From positions 9,098-73,097 of the forward strand of contig JBHENP010000016.1 of NCBI GenBank assembly GCA_046261995.1: a stretch of 64,000 nucleotides of DNA, written 5' to 3'. Of the stretch, positions 21,055 to 32,955 are shown one piece after another. Position numbers and translations under genes: made by a program. Source of the DNA: Pyrinomonadaceae bacterium. Lineage in GTDB: Bacteria; Acidobacteriota; Blastocatellia; Pyrinomonadales; Pyrinomonadaceae. A model generated the notes under the pieces. It searched no databases, was not told the origin of the DNA, and saw only the letters and a list, made by a program, of their open reading frames with translations. Positions within the stretch are counted from its first letter, which is position 1. The number at the start of each line of letters is the position of its first letter.

Positions 21055-22293
21055 TCATTCCGCTCTTAAAGCCTCAATCGGATCAAGCCTGGCGGCTTTC
21101 CACGCTGGAAAGACCCCTGCCATTACCCCGACTCCCATAGAAACGCCGACAGCGATAAAGACTGCGCCCAGCGACAGGAAAGTGGGAAAGAAAAACGCAC
21201 TCAGCACCCGCCCGATAATCCAGGCGATCGTAACCCCGATCGCTCCGCCAATGGCTGAAAGAGTCACAGCCTCAACCAGAAACTGCTTCAGAATATCCAT
21301 TTGACGTGCGCCGAGGGATTTCCTGATCCCAATCTCCTTAGTTCTTTCGGTAACGGAAACCAGCATGATATTCATAATCACAATCGCGCCGACGAGCAAA
21401 GCAATGCTGGGCACCGCCAGGGCCACAATGAAGATAGTTCCGAACAAACGGTCTCGCAGTCCCGTAATCGCATCAGGAGTTACAATACCAAAGTTGTCCT
21501 TCTCGCCCGCGGGTAGCTTCCGTCGAGTGCGCATCAAAAAGCGCGTCTCATCAACAGCATCATTAAATAGATCGTCCGTCTTCGATGTGGCTACAAAGTA
21601 GAGTGAACGTTGGCGAATCAATCCGCCAAAGTTGTTGGCGTAGGTCTTCAGGGGCACGAGTATGAAGTTATCCTGAGGGATGCCGAAGACGGTACCTCTA
21701 GCGGTTTCGACGCCAATCACCCGGTATGGGAGACCGGAGATGGAAATTTCCTGGCCTACCGGACTGCCTAACGGAAAAAGTTTTGTAGCCACGTCCGCGC
21801 CAATGTAAGCGACACGTTGCGCCGCATCGTTTTCGGGATCGACGATAAAGCGGCCCTCAGCGATGTCCCGGTTTTCAATGTCACCAATTGCCGCCGTTGC
21901 GCCGGACACGAAAACGTCCTCCAGAATCTCGTCGCCGCGCTTTACTACGGAAGGTGTACCGCGGGCCCGAGCTCCAATCCTTCCGATCAGCGTGGCTCTT
22001 TCTTTTAGATAGTCAAAATCTTCCAGGGTCAAATCTTTGTTACGGCGTTGTGCGGCCGCTATTGTATCGGTGTCCTTGAAATCCTCGAGCGGATTGAATC
22101 GCTGAACGTTAAATGACTTGGCCCCAATGCCCGCTATCTTTTCGTCAACATAGGTGTTGAAGCCCTGAATCAACGAGTAAACCACTACGACCGCCATCAC
22201 GCCGATAATCATGCCCAGCAACGTCAGCGCTGAGCGCAGTTTATGCGCCCAGATGGCTGCTATCGCAAGCTTCAGGGTTTCGATGAATTTCAC
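21055..22293 (-). CDS. MacB-type ABC transporter permease (FtsX domain), paralog 3
   Basis: GTG start. NIMLVSVTERTKEIGIRKSLGA. Ends PAWKAARLDPIEALRAE. Confidence 0.9.
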   Translation of the reverse strand: MKFIETLKLAIAAIWAHKLRSALTLLGMIIGVMAVVVVYSLIQGFNTYVDEKIAGIGAKSFNVQRFNPLEDFKDTDTIAAAQRRNKDLTLEDFDYLKERATLIGRIGARARGTPSVVKRGDEILEDVFVSGATAAIGDIENRDIAEGRFIVDPENDAAQRVAYIGADVATKLFPLGSPVGQEISISGLPYRVIGVETARGTVFGIPQDNFILVPLKTYANNFGGLIRQRSLYFVATSKTDDLFNDAVDETRFLMRTRRKLPAGEKDNFGIVTPDAITGLRDRLFGTIFIVALAVPSIALLVGAIVIMNIMLVSVTERTKEIGIRKSLGARQMDILKQFLVEAVTLSAIGGAIGVTIAWIIGRVLSAFFFPTFLSLGAVFIAVGVSMGVGVMAGVFPAWKAARLDPIEALRAE

Positions 22294-22364
22294 GGGCTCA
22301 GTTACTACGGGTTGAGCGCCGATATTGTTGCAATTGGGGGTTAAGAGTTCAAGCGGGAGACGTG

Positions 22365-22453
22365 GATAGACTTTAGTCTGTGTGCCCGATTGAGCTATTT
22401 AGGTCATGGACAGAACCGAGAGGCTTAAGATCACAGACTAAAGTCTGTGCCAC
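22365..22453. repeat. palindromic element family D (CACAGACTnnAGTCTGTG units), copy 1
   Basis: GATAGACTTTAGTCTGTGTGCC at the left end and TCACAGACTAAAGTCTGTGCCAC at the right end. It abuts the stop codon at 22454. Confidence 0.7.
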
Positions 22454-23695
<1,242 letters not shown>

Positions 23696-23704
23696 AAGTT
23701 CGGG

Positions 23705-23840
23705 TCAGTTGTCAGTTGTCAGTGATCTGTGAACTTTGTGCTTAGTACTTTGTACTTTGCATTTCTTTCGCATCTACAGACCTACAAAGAACAAAGCACA
23801 AAGTACAAAGCATTATCCGAACAACTGACAACTGACATTG
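23705..23840. repeat. heptad-periodic palindromic element
   Basis: Left arm: tcagttg/tcagttg/tcagtga/tctgtga/actttgt/gcttagt/actttgt/actttgc. Right arm: ...aacaaag/cacaaag/tacaaag/.../ctgacaa/ctgacat. Confidence 0.75.
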
Positions 23841-23845
23841 ATGGG

Positions 23846-25204
23846 CTATTCCGCTCGCAGCGCCTCAATTGGATCCAATTTCGCGGCGCGCCAGGCCGGC
23901 CATAAGCCGCTGATAATCCCCACCGCAGATGAAACCGCTACCCCGAGCACAGCTGACGCAATACTCATTAGCAAAGGGAAACCAATTAACGCCGAAATGA
24001 TATAAGCCAGTCCAAAGCCTGTCCCTACTCCAATTGCCCCACCGATGGCCGTCACCATCACTGCCTCGATGAGAAACTGCGTCAGAATGTCCTTCCGCCG
24101 GGCGCCTATTGCTTTGCGAATACCGATCTCTTTAGTTCGTTCGGTCACTGAGACGAGCATGATGTTCATCACGACGATGCCACCTACCACCAGCGAGATC
24201 GCAGCCACACCGATAGTTACGATGTAAATATTTGCCGTCGCGTTCCCGTAAAGATCGAGAAAGACGTCTTGTGTTTCCAACGAAAAGCCTTCATCGGCAT
24301 CGTCAGTAAAGATCTTGCCACGACGATTTCGCATGATCGTGCGCACCTGATCCTCGGCCACTTCCAGTTGCTCGGCTGTAGGAACTTGAATGAAGACGAC
24401 GATCGAGCTTCTGGCGCCGAAGGATTTCTGGTACGAGGAGTAGGGGATATAGACCACGTTGTCGCGGGAGAAACCAAAAATGGAGCCCAGAGGTTCGAGC
24501 ACGCCAACAATTGTGTAAGGCCGCCCGGCAATTCTGATTTCTCGTCCTACAGCGCGGTCAGTCTCAACGCCGCCGAAGAGGTTCTTCAGAATGTCGGGAC
24601 CTACGACGCAGATTTCGCGCCCCGAGTCACCTTCACCTTCAGTCCAGATGCGGCCCGCGTCGATCGCCACGCCATCAATGTCGAACATGGTCGTCGGCGT
24701 CACGCCGCGAACGCGCACGCCATCGGATTTCTGGTCCGCGTATTTGACCGTCTCGAATGCGTTTGCTGCGACGCCCACGCGCCAGCAAGACGAACAAAGC
24801 CGCGCAATTGCTTCCGCGTCTTCGTTGGTCACGTCCTTACGTTTATTGAACTTAATAAACTCTTCTCGCGATTTAATGATTTGGGGTTTCTTGGAGATTG
24901 TGAAGACGGTGGATCCCTGAGACGAAAAAGTCTGGGCCACAGTCTTGTCCAGGCCCTTAATTATCGTGACGACGGCGATGACCGCGGTTACGCCTACGAT
25001 GATTCCCATCAAGGTGAGGGAAGTGCGCAGCTTGTTGGTGCGGAGACTAGAAGTAGCGACGAAGAATGCTTCCCACAGTGCCGTTAAGCGAAGTAAACGA
25101 AGGCGAGGTGATCTTAAAGGCGGCGTTATCCGTTGTCCGAATCCATAACTTCCTGGCGAGGTACGTTGCGTATCATCTGCCTCATCGACTCTCATCAGAG
25201 CCAC
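23846..25204 (-). CDS. MacB-type ABC transporter permease (FtsX domain), paralog 1
   Basis: NIMLVSVTERTKEIGIRKAIGA. Ends PAWRAAKLDPIEALRAE. The GTG start at 25204 gives a ~40-aa N-terminal tail, so the exact start is uncertain. Confidence 0.85.
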   Translation of the reverse strand: MALMRVDEADDTQRTSPGSYGFGQRITPPLRSPRLRLLRLTALWEAFFVATSSLRTNKLRTSLTLMGIIVGVTAVIAVVTIIKGLDKTVAQTFSSQGSTVFTISKKPQIIKSREEFIKFNKRKDVTNEDAEAIARLCSSCWRVGVAANAFETVKYADQKSDGVRVRGVTPTTMFDIDGVAIDAGRIWTEGEGDSGREICVVGPDILKNLFGGVETDRAVGREIRIAGRPYTIVGVLEPLGSIFGFSRDNVVYIPYSSYQKSFGARSSIVVFIQVPTAEQLEVAEDQVRTIMRNRRGKIFTDDADEGFSLETQDVFLDLYGNATANIYIVTIGVAAISLVVGGIVVMNIMLVSVTERTKEIGIRKAIGARRKDILTQFLIEAVMVTAIGGAIGVGTGFGLAYIISALIGFPLLMSIASAVLGVAVSSAVGIISGLWPAWRAAKLDPIEALRAE

Positions 25205-25225
25205 CTTGCCCTATTCCTGGTGTCC

Positions 25226-25987
25226 CTATCTGATTTTCTCGTCTTTTTCAATCAGACCATCACGAATAGAGAGAATGCGATGGGCGCGGGCCGCGATGTC
25301 GTGCTCGTGGGTCACCACGATAATCGTGTTGCCTTCAGAGTGCAGACGCTCAAAGAGATCCATAATCTCCATACTTGTATGCGTGTCGAGCGCGCCCGTA
25401 GGTTCGTCAGCCAGCAGAATCGAGGGATGATTCACAAGGGCGCGGGCTATGGCCACGCGCTGACGTTGTCCGCCGGAGAGTTCGTTTGGGCGGTGGGTCA
25501 CGCGGTCCGCCAGGTCGACCGCTTTGAGCGCCTGTGTCGCCATTTCATGTCGCTGGGCAGAACCAATTCCGCCATAAATCAAGGGCAATTCCACATTGTG
25601 CAGGGCAGTTGCGCGAGCCAGAAGGTTGAAGGTTTGAAATACAAAACCAACTTCCTGATTGCGGATCCGCGCCAGCTCATCGTCGTCCATCTCTGACACG
25701 TTCTTACCGTTGAGCCAGTACTCGCCCTTTGAAGCCGTATCGAGGCAGCCAATCAGGTTCATCAGGGTAGACTTACCGGAACCTGATGGGCCAATAATCG
25801 CAATGTACTCTCCCTTGTTGACGTCGAAGGAGACACCGTGTAGCGCGTGCACTTCCTCAGTACCCATCTGGTAAGTCTTCCAGATATCGCGCATTGAGAT
25901 TAGGGACTTCGGACGATGCTGCCCGTTGACTTGCGCTTGCTGGAGGGCCGGTTCGTTGGGAAGAGTTGCGAGTGTAACGTCGCTCAT
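25226..25987 (-). CDS. ABC transporter ATP-binding protein (MacB/LolD-type)
   Basis: Walker [10 protein letters not shown], signature [15 protein letters not shown] and Walker [13 protein letters not shown]. Its start overlaps the upstream stop (TAATG). Confidence 0.93.
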   Translation of the reverse strand: MSDVTLATLPNEPALQQAQVNGQHRPKSLISMRDIWKTYQMGTEEVHALHGVSFDVNKGEYIAIIGPSGSGKSTLMNLIGCLDTASKGEYWLNGKNVSEMDDDELARIRNQEVGFVFQTFNLLARATALHNVELPLIYGGIGSAQRHEMATQALKAVDLADRVTHRPNELSGGQRQRVAIARALVNHPSILLADEPTGALDTHTSMEIMDLFERLHSEGNTIIVVTHEHDIAARAHRILSIRDGLIEKDEKIR

Positions 25988-27507
25988 TAGCTGGCCTCGT
26001 TGGAATTTGCGTTAGCGCCGGTCTTTCGTTCCTGGCGTTTGACGGCCAAGCCGTCTTTCAGCGTCTTAAGTACACGGCTGGGTCCTCGGACAATCTCCAT
26101 TCCAGCCTGCACACCGCTCGTAATCTCGATGTCGGCTTCGCCGGTGATTCCCGTAGTCACCTCAATAAATCTTACCTTGTTGCCTTCGAGAACGTACACA
26201 CCCTTGAGATTTTTGGGCTTTTCCGTGGAAACCGGCGTGGGCACGCTTCCGGCCACCGTCGCTGATGGTGAAGGTGACGGTGTCGGGGCTTTCTCGACTA
26301 TCGCTTCCAGCGGCACCGCCACTACATTGTTCTTCACTTTGGTGGTGATCGTGGCGGTGGCGCTCATGCCTGGCCGCAGGCCGTTTCGGACCTCATCCGC
26401 CATGTCACGCAGTTCGACAGTAACCTTAAATTCTTTCGCCTCTTGTACGTTTACGCGAGTTGAAAGTCCGCCCTGGGTATCAGATTTGGAGACTGCCAGG
26501 GGATTCTTTTGCGTCACGACTGCCTGGATCTCTTTATCGCCAAGGGCATCAACTTTGACTTTCACCTGCTGACCCACTTCAACGTTGGAAATCTCGGTCT
26601 CGTCTACATTGACTTCAACGTTAATCGTGGACATGTCTGCGATCGTCATTAAGGGCGTAGTCGACAGACCAGCGACAGCGAATTCACCGACACGCGTCGG
26701 GATGTCAGCAACAACCCCATTCAGCGGCGATAATTGCGTGGCCTTGGAACGCTGGCTTGACTGGCCTCGCAACAGGGCCTGTTGCTGGCTGGCGCGCATT
26801 TCGGATGACCTGATACCCGTCTGTGCATCACGCACCGCGATCCGTTGCTGGTTGGCGCGTTCGACAGCTTCTTTGACTGCGATCTTCTGAGACTCTAAAT
26901 TCGCGCGCGCGGTCTGAACCGCAATCTTTCCCTGTTCGTATCGGTCCCGAGCCGCGTCATACTCAAAGCGAGATGCCACACCTGCTTCGATCAAGTCAGT
27001 ATAACGTTTCAGTTCTCGCTGGGCGGTGTTGAGGTCAACTAGCGCTCGGTCCACTGAGGTTTGCAACGCTACCAGTTGCTGGCGTGCTGACGACACTGAA
27101 GCTTCGGCTACCACGAGACTTTGCTGGGCCGAAGCCACGGCATTCCGCGCTGATTGCACATCGTTCATCGAGGCTTGGGCCGCAGCCCACTGCGCTTCCT
27201 GGTTGGATTGCAGCTGAGTTGGATCGATGCGGACCAGCGGCTTGCCCTGGACCACCTGATCGCCGGCATTTACATAGATCTCTTCAATCCGGCCGGGGAC
27301 CTCACTGGTAAGTTTGATATAGCGTATCGGCCTCACCTCGCCTGAGGCAGTTACGGTCTGCCGCAGTTCGGGCCTGACGTCTACCTTGATGGTCGTCACT
27401 TCAGCCTCTTCCTTACGGTTGGCGAAGACGCTGACAATAATGATGATCGCCAAAAGGGCCACTGCGGATACGGCGATAATTATCTTCTTCTTACGGGTGA
27501 ATGCCAT
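25987..27507 (-). CDS. periplasmic adaptor (membrane fusion protein, HlyD/MacA family)
   Basis: N-terminal TM anchor, lipoyl-like hairpin ([25 protein letters not shown]), long coiled coil and beta-barrel region. Confidence 0.88.
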   Translation of the reverse strand: MAFTRKKKIIIAVSAVALLAIIIIVSVFANRKEEAEVTTIKVDVRPELRQTVTASGEVRPIRYIKLTSEVPGRIEEIYVNAGDQVVQGKPLVRIDPTQLQSNQEAQWAAAQASMNDVQSARNAVASAQQSLVVAEASVSSARQQLVALQTSVDRALVDLNTAQRELKRYTDLIEAGVASRFEYDAARDRYEQGKIAVQTARANLESQKIAVKEAVERANQQRIAVRDAQTGIRSSEMRASQQQALLRGQSSQRSKATQLSPLNGVVADIPTRVGEFAVAGLSTTPLMTIADMSTINVEVNVDETEISNVEVGQQVKVKVDALGDKEIQAVVTQKNPLAVSKSDTQGGLSTRVNVQEAKEFKVTVELRDMADEVRNGLRPGMSATATITTKVKNNVVAVPLEAIVEKAPTPSPSPSATVAGSVPTPVSTEKPKNLKGVYVLEGNKVRFIEVTTGITGEADIEITSGVQAGMEIVRGPSRVLKTLKDGLAVKRQERKTGANANSNEAS

Positions 27508-27743
27508 GAGTTGTACCTTTGATCAGGATATTAGGCTCGCGAATCGGAATAAGTAATCAATTTCGCACAGAAATGCGCTAAATCAAAGGTGCGCATTCGA
27601 GTAGCTTTTACGTCTGAAAATGCCAAACAGTTTCATTTAAAGGCAATGGCGCTTACTCATACATCGCTGCCACCTGAAACGAGTTTTTCCAGTTTCCCCC
27701 CGTGCTTCGCGTCCTTTGCGAGCCAAGCCACAACTCACGATCG

Positions 27744-27773
27744 TTGGCGCGGCTGCCATTTTCGCGCTAGAAT
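27744..27773 (+). promoter_or_regulatory. candidate sigma70-type promoter
   Basis: TTGGCG - 18 nt - TAGAAT, about 75 nt upstream of the FHA gene ATG. Pattern match only. Confidence 0.25.
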
Positions 27774-27847
27774 GACTTGTTTCTTCGGCTCTCCTACTCC
27801 GACTCTGGGTTTAGACACCGTACTGCCAGCCGCGGATCACCGAATAG

Positions 27848-28414
27848 ATGATTACCTGTGAAAGGTGCAAAACGGAAAACCTTGATGGCTCGCAGTACTG
27901 CGACGAATGTGGAGCCCCTTTGAGGCCGAATTTCCGCTCCAACCCTGGAGGTCCCACTGGGTTGAAGGCGGACGCCGATGGGCCGAATGGTACACATGCC
28001 CCACCCAGCAAGCAGCCCGAATTTGCTAGTGGTCCGAAATCGGGGATCAATTTCGCTTCGTCCCTTGGCTCTGAACCGGGTCCGCATGCCTCGCTTGTGA
28101 TAGAGCGTGGCCGCTCATTGGGCAAGAAGTTCACTCTGGGCAATGTGGAGTCTCAAATAGGGCGCTGGGATGCTGATGGAGGCATCTTTCCCGACATTGA
28201 TCTCGACTCCGATGACCCGGAGGCGAAGGTATCTCGACGTCATGCACGGATTACTCTTCGCGAGGGGAAGTATTTTCTGGAAGACTTGGGATCAACCAAT
28301 GGAACATTTGTGAATCGAGGCAAGAGGTTATTGCCCGGACACTTGCACCCCCTGCAGGATGGAGACGAGATCATTGTGGGCAAGACTTTTCTTCGCTTCC
28401 TTCTAACCAGATGA
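27848..28414 (+). CDS. zinc-ribbon + FHA domain protein
   Basis: N-terminal CERCKTEN...YCDECG zinc ribbon. C-terminal FHA domain (IGRWD...KVSRRHARITL...LEDLGSTNGTFVN). Confidence 0.85.
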   Translation: MITCERCKTENLDGSQYCDECGAPLRPNFRSNPGGPTGLKADADGPNGTHAPPSKQPEFASGPKSGINFASSLGSEPGPHASLVIERGRSLGKKFTLGNVESQIGRWDADGGIFPDIDLDSDDPEAKVSRRHARITLREGKYFLEDLGSTNGTFVNRGKRLLPGHLHPLQDGDEIIVGKTFLRFLLTR

Positions 28415-28486
28415 TCGGGCGCGGGAGTGTTCCGCGAGTGAAGTTGGAATGCTCTTGAGACCTCCCTGAAAGGGCTGTCGCTATTA

Positions 28487-30235
28487 ATGGCTGAATGCAT
28501 CGAATGTGGTACCCCGGTAGCGGCTGGACAGTCGTTCTGCGGGGGCTGTGGGGTTGAGCAGCCGGCTGCCGAAGCGTCAGCTAGTGCCAACCTCGACCAG
28601 GCCGCTGACCAAGCCACACCCGTCGATGGAAAGCCCTCCGGGGAAGAAGTAGTCGAGCAACTGAAAGACTCAGCCCCGGAAGCAAACAGACAAACCGGCC
28701 AACTCAGCAGCGAAGCCGAAGGCGCGACTAAGGAGCCACCCGAATCGAGCGCGCCCAGTTCGCCTCAAGCAAAACCTATTTCCTCTGCCTCTCTCGGCGG
28801 TTCTGCAACCGGTGGCGTGCAGGTTCAAAGCACCAGTAGTGCTCCGCACAAAGGAACTACTGGTGGCCATCAACCCACCATAAAACAGCTGGATCCTGGT
28901 ACGGTCTTGAACGGACGATACGAGATTGCCCGTCGCATCGGCGGTGGGGGCATGGGTGCTGTTTACCTGGCGAAGGACCGCAATCTGGGTGACGCCTCGC
29001 GGGCCGTGAAGGAGATGGTTGAAGCACACCTCGACCCGACTCAACACGAAAAAGCAATCGGAGATTTCAAACGCGAGTCGCTCTTATTGACTTCGCTTGA
29101 GCATCCTTGCATTCCTACCATCTATGACTACTTTTACGACGAGCCGCTGGGACGTTTCTACCTGGTGATGAAATACATTTCCGGCGGAGACCTGGCTTCG
29201 CGTCTGCGCAATGCGCCCGGTGGACGAATCGATGAGAAGACTGTGACCGACTGGGGCATGCAAGTAGCGGATGTGCTTCAGTACCTGCACAGTCGGCCCA
29301 AACAGATCATCTATCGCGATCTCAAGCCGGCGAATTTGATGATTGACGGAAATACCGGCCGGGTAATGCTTATCGATTTCGGGATTGCTCGTTGGGTCAA
29401 GCGGGAAGAGAAGGGCGTGACGGCGGTGGGCACGATGGGGTACGCGCCACCCGAGTTGTTCGCCGGCAGGGTCGAAACTCGATCTGATATTTACAGCCTG
29501 GGTGCAACTATGTTTCACCTGTTGACTGGATCTGATCCACAAGACAACCCGCTGTTGATTTTTGACTTTGCCAAGAATCCCAGACCGCGTCAGATCACGC
29601 CCTCGCTCTCGAGCGAGATAGAACAGCTTCTGATGCGGGCCGTCGAGTACAAGCCGGAAGATCGCTTCACATCAGCAGGGGAAATGCGCGACGCACTGGC
29701 TACGCATTTGGAGAGGTTGTTGGCTGGTCGGGTTAGCTACGGTGTCCCGGCTCCGCAACTGGGTAGTGAGACCGTTCAAGTACAAACCGTTTACTGCGGC
29801 TTCTGTGGCGGACGGATCGCAGCAGATGACGTTTTCTGTGCACATTGCGGAGCGCGACAACCACTGGCGGGAGTGGGTGCGAGCGCAACCTTGCGTGCTG
29901 CTCGTCCCACAGCAAAGCTGGTTGTGGCCGGGACGACCGAACTCGATGCGTCGTTCATTTTGCAGAAAGACAATAATCTGGTTGGGCGAACGGACCCTCA
30001 TTCGAACATCTTCCCGGAAATCGATTTGTCAAAGTTCGATCCCGAGACCAAGGTTTCGCGTCGCCACGCGCGCATTTGGTTGGAAGGGGAAACTTTTTTG
30101 GTCGAAGATCTTGGTTCCGTGAATGGCACAGTCATCAACGATTCGGTGAGATTGGCGCCACGACAGCCGCGAGTGCTGGACAGTGGAGATAAACTTCGGC
30201 TCGGCGAAACAACACTACATTTTCTTTTGGGTTAG
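28487..30235 (+). CDS. Ser/Thr protein kinase with two zinc ribbons and a C-terminal FHA domain
   Basis: CIECG...FCGGCG ribbon. Kinase motifs GGGGMGAVY, AVKEM, YRDLKPANL, DFGIAR and GYAPPE. Second ribbon CGFCGG...FCAHCG. FHA domain (VGRTD...KVSRRHARIWL...VEDLGSVNGTVIN). Confidence 0.9.
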   Translation: MAECIECGTPVAAGQSFCGGCGVEQPAAEASASANLDQAADQATPVDGKPSGEEVVEQLKDSAPEANRQTGQLSSEAEGATKEPPESSAPSSPQAKPISSASLGGSATGGVQVQSTSSAPHKGTTGGHQPTIKQLDPGTVLNGRYEIARRIGGGGMGAVYLAKDRNLGDASRAVKEMVEAHLDPTQHEKAIGDFKRESLLLTSLEHPCIPTIYDYFYDEPLGRFYLVMKYISGGDLASRLRNAPGGRIDEKTVTDWGMQVADVLQYLHSRPKQIIYRDLKPANLMIDGNTGRVMLIDFGIARWVKREEKGVTAVGTMGYAPPELFAGRVETRSDIYSLGATMFHLLTGSDPQDNPLLIFDFAKNPRPRQITPSLSSEIEQLLMRAVEYKPEDRFTSAGEMRDALATHLERLLAGRVSYGVPAPQLGSETVQVQTVYCGFCGGRIAADDVFCAHCGARQPLAGVGASATLRAARPTAKLVVAGTTELDASFILQKDNNLVGRTDPHSNIFPEIDLSKFDPETKVSRRHARIWLEGETFLVEDLGSVNGTVINDSVRLAPRQPRVLDSGDKLRLGETTLHFLLG

Positions 30236-30244
30236 CCAGCATTC

Positions 30245-30372
30245 CGTCGCCAGTAGTCCGTCGTCAGTTGTAGACGAATACACAGTCGACTATGGTTTCT
30301 GTTCGATGTGGGCTCAAACGTCAAAGTCAGCTGCTGATGCTACTAACCATTGACCACGGACTCCTGACAAAC
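30245..30372. repeat. heptad-periodic palindromic element (degenerate)
   Basis: cgtcgcc/agtagtc/cgtcgtc/agttgta on the left and actaacc/attgacc/acggact/cctgaca on the right. Confidence 0.5.
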
Positions 30373-30376
30373 TTTG

Positions 30377-30868
30377 ATGACTGCCAGGGTTGAAGAAGCC
30401 GCGGTAACGCGGACACAGTCGAGAGCGCCTAGCCGGAAACAACTCGTGGAGGGCCGGCCGGCACCCTTCGCTTTGCGGTGCGGTGCCGCGCTTATCGACT
30501 ACATCGTCCTGGTAGGAATCGTGGCCTTTAGCACCCTCATCGCCCGAATGTTGGGCGGCGGGGCCCGCACCGCGGCCAGTTCGGCTGAAACCGTGGGCAT
30601 CTTGATCGCGGTTGCTGTGGCGGTGCTTAACCTGGGCGTGCTTGCCGGATTCACTGGTAGAACTATCGGCAAGTGGACAACCGGACTCAGGGTGCAGCGT
30701 AAAAATGGAGCAGAACCGGGGGTGGGGCGTGCTTTCCTTCGTCACTTTGTTGGTTACCCGTTATCATTCTTGACCCTGGGCTTTGGCTTTCTATTGGCGG
30801 CGCTAAGTACGCGCGGAAGGGCCCTACACGATTTCATTGCCGACACGATCGTGGTTCGGGACGTCTGA
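30377..30868 (+). CDS. RDD family membrane protein
   Basis: RCGAALIDYIVL, GRTIGKWTTGLRV and ALHDFIADTIVV are the characteristic RDD signature. ATG at 30377; a TTG at 30374 is also possible. Confidence 0.8.
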   Translation: MTARVEEAAVTRTQSRAPSRKQLVEGRPAPFALRCGAALIDYIVLVGIVAFSTLIARMLGGGARTAASSAETVGILIAVAVAVLNLGVLAGFTGRTIGKWTTGLRVQRKNGAEPGVGRAFLRHFVGYPLSFLTLGFGFLLAALSTRGRALHDFIADTIVVRDV

Positions 30869-31067
30869 TCGCGTAACTCCGTCGGGACATTATCGCTCCC
30901 GGTTCTTCAGGAGCACTGTTTTGCAGTCGTGAATTTGAAAACGAATTACACCAGTCGTCAGGATTTGTAGTTGCACACAACCTTGAACTAACCTGTCACT
31001 CCAAACGTTGGGACAGTCGTATTCTATTCTGCTATCTTAAATCTGCTAACCGTAACTTATTCACAGA

Positions 31068-32789
31068 ATGCCTGAGTTAATAGTCAGATATCCGGACCGA
31101 GCGCCGGATCATTTCCCTCTCGGCCGCCTACGGATCACGTTGGGCCGTTCAGCCCGAAACGATCTCTGCATCCCTGACCCCTTTGCTTCGCGGGTGCATG
31201 CCGAAGTGCGCCGCGAGGGGGATGAGTACTATCTGCAGGATCTCGGCTCCGCTAATGGGACGGTCTACAACGGACTGTCGGTGGACGGTACGGTGCCGCT
31301 GACTGCTGGTGGTCGCATCCAGATCGGCGAGACCGAAATCATCTTTGACGACGGCACTTACAATTCGAGCATGGGTGCCACAATGATCACGGACAATACG
31401 GGATCGTTGCCCGAAGCGACTATCGCCCTGGCATCAGGCGACCGCACTACTTCGGGCTTGCTCGAGGCTATTGAAGGGGCTCGCACAAAGCCTGAAGAGA
31501 TCACCACTACTCGCAAGGAAGGAGACTTACTTGCCCTAATCAGCAAGGTGGGAATCACTTTGCTGGCCTCGACCACGCTCAACGAAACCATGGAACAGAT
31601 CGTCTCCCTGGTGTTTGAAGCGGTGCCGGCGGATCGTTGTTTGCTCATGATGCGCGACGAAGGCAGCGAGGAACTAAAAGTGGCCGTAGCCCGGCTGCGT
31701 GATCGAGTGGGCGAAGTAGGTGAAATTCGCGTCAGCCGTAATGTAATGGACGAAGTGGTGATCCGGGGGAAGTCCGTCTTGACTTCAGACGCTCAGCACG
31801 ATCCGCGATTCGCGAGCGGCACAGTAGTGTTGCAGGGAATACGGTCTGTTCTGGCTGTGCCACTGGGTGTGTCTGATAAAGTTTTTGGCATCATCTACGC
31901 AGATTCACCTATTGCCGATGGCCGGTTCACTGAAGATCACTTAAAGGTTTTGACTACGCTAGCCTCCGTGGCCGCCATCCGTGTGGAGAATGCGCGGCTT
32001 GCGGAGGCGCGCTTGCAGCAGGAGCGGTTGGAGCGCGAGTTACAACTTGCGATGGAGATTCAGCAGCGTTTTCAACCTACCGCGCCGCCGGTGGTGCCAG
32101 GCTATGAGCTGCAGGGCATTAGTTTTCCCTGTTACGAAATCGGTGGTGATTACTACGATTTCATCGAGCGTGAAGATGGGCGGCTGGTAATTGCGCTGGG
32201 CGATGTTTCGGGCAAGGGGACAGCAGCCGCGCTCTTGATGTCGTCCCTACATGCCTCCGTTCATGCACAGGCCGGATCGCACGACACCTTATCAGAGACA
32301 ATCTCAGCGGTGAACCGCTACTTGGCCGACAATATTCCGGCGAACCGATTCGTCACGCTGTTCTACGCCGAATTAGATCCCGCTTCGGGCGCCCTCTCAT
32401 TTCTCAATGCCGGTCATAATCCGCCGCTCATTGTCCATGCTGCAGGGACCGTCGAGCAGCTCGCCTCCGGAGGCTTGCCGCTGGGAATTAAACGTAACGC
32501 GGAATACCGCGAGGGCCGCACGCAGATGCAAATGGGTGACGTCCTGGTAATTTACTCCGACGGTGTCACTGAAGCTGCCAGTCCGTCTGGAGAGGAATTT
32601 GGTGCGACCCGACTCTATGAAGTGGTCTCCCGCAATATGGAGGCTTCGGCTGCCGGGGTTCGCGACCGCATTGAGTCAGCTTTAACCAAATTCTCTCAGG
32701 GTACTCAGGCTGCGGATGATATTACGCTCGTGATAGTCAAGCGTCAGGCCGAGACAAAAGTACTTTCGGTAGCAGCGCTGGGCGACTGA
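31068..32789 (+). CDS. FHA-GAF-PP2C (SpoIIE-type) protein phosphatase
   Basis: FHA domain (ITLGRSARNDL...SRVHAEV...LQDLGSANGTVYNG), a central GAF-like region, and a C-terminal PP2C (GGDYYDF, ALGDVSGKG, SDGVTEA, DDITLVIV). Confidence 0.88.
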   Translation: MPELIVRYPDRAPDHFPLGRLRITLGRSARNDLCIPDPFASRVHAEVRREGDEYYLQDLGSANGTVYNGLSVDGTVPLTAGGRIQIGETEIIFDDGTYNSSMGATMITDNTGSLPEATIALASGDRTTSGLLEAIEGARTKPEEITTTRKEGDLLALISKVGITLLASTTLNETMEQIVSLVFEAVPADRCLLMMRDEGSEELKVAVARLRDRVGEVGEIRVSRNVMDEVVIRGKSVLTSDAQHDPRFASGTVVLQGIRSVLAVPLGVSDKVFGIIYADSPIADGRFTEDHLKVLTTLASVAAIRVENARLAEARLQQERLERELQLAMEIQQRFQPTAPPVVPGYELQGISFPCYEIGGDYYDFIEREDGRLVIALGDVSGKGTAAALLMSSLHASVHAQAGSHDTLSETISAVNRYLADNIPANRFVTLFYAELDPASGALSFLNAGHNPPLIVHAAGTVEQLASGGLPLGIKRNAEYREGRTQMQMGDVLVIYSDGVTEAASPSGEEFGATRLYEVVSRNMEASAAGVRDRIESALTKFSQGTQAADDITLVIVKRQAETKVLSVAALGD

Positions 32790-32955
32790 CAACCTCGCAA
32801 GACGCGGCAGAGAGGGCGGTGCAAACAGCGACCTCTTTTTGGAGTGCGGCGACCTGTCGCCGCTTTTGCTTGAGAGCCGTCGGAAGTTCGAAACCTGCGA
32901 CAGATCGCAGTACTCCAAGGCGTCCCTCGTTTCTAGACATTAAACTTCACCCAGC

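Noticed and set aside
27589-27861. 90-aa ORF in the MacA/FHA divergent region
   Set aside because: It has no RBS, a low-complexity product, and overlaps the FHA gene start. The region is more plausibly promoter DNA.
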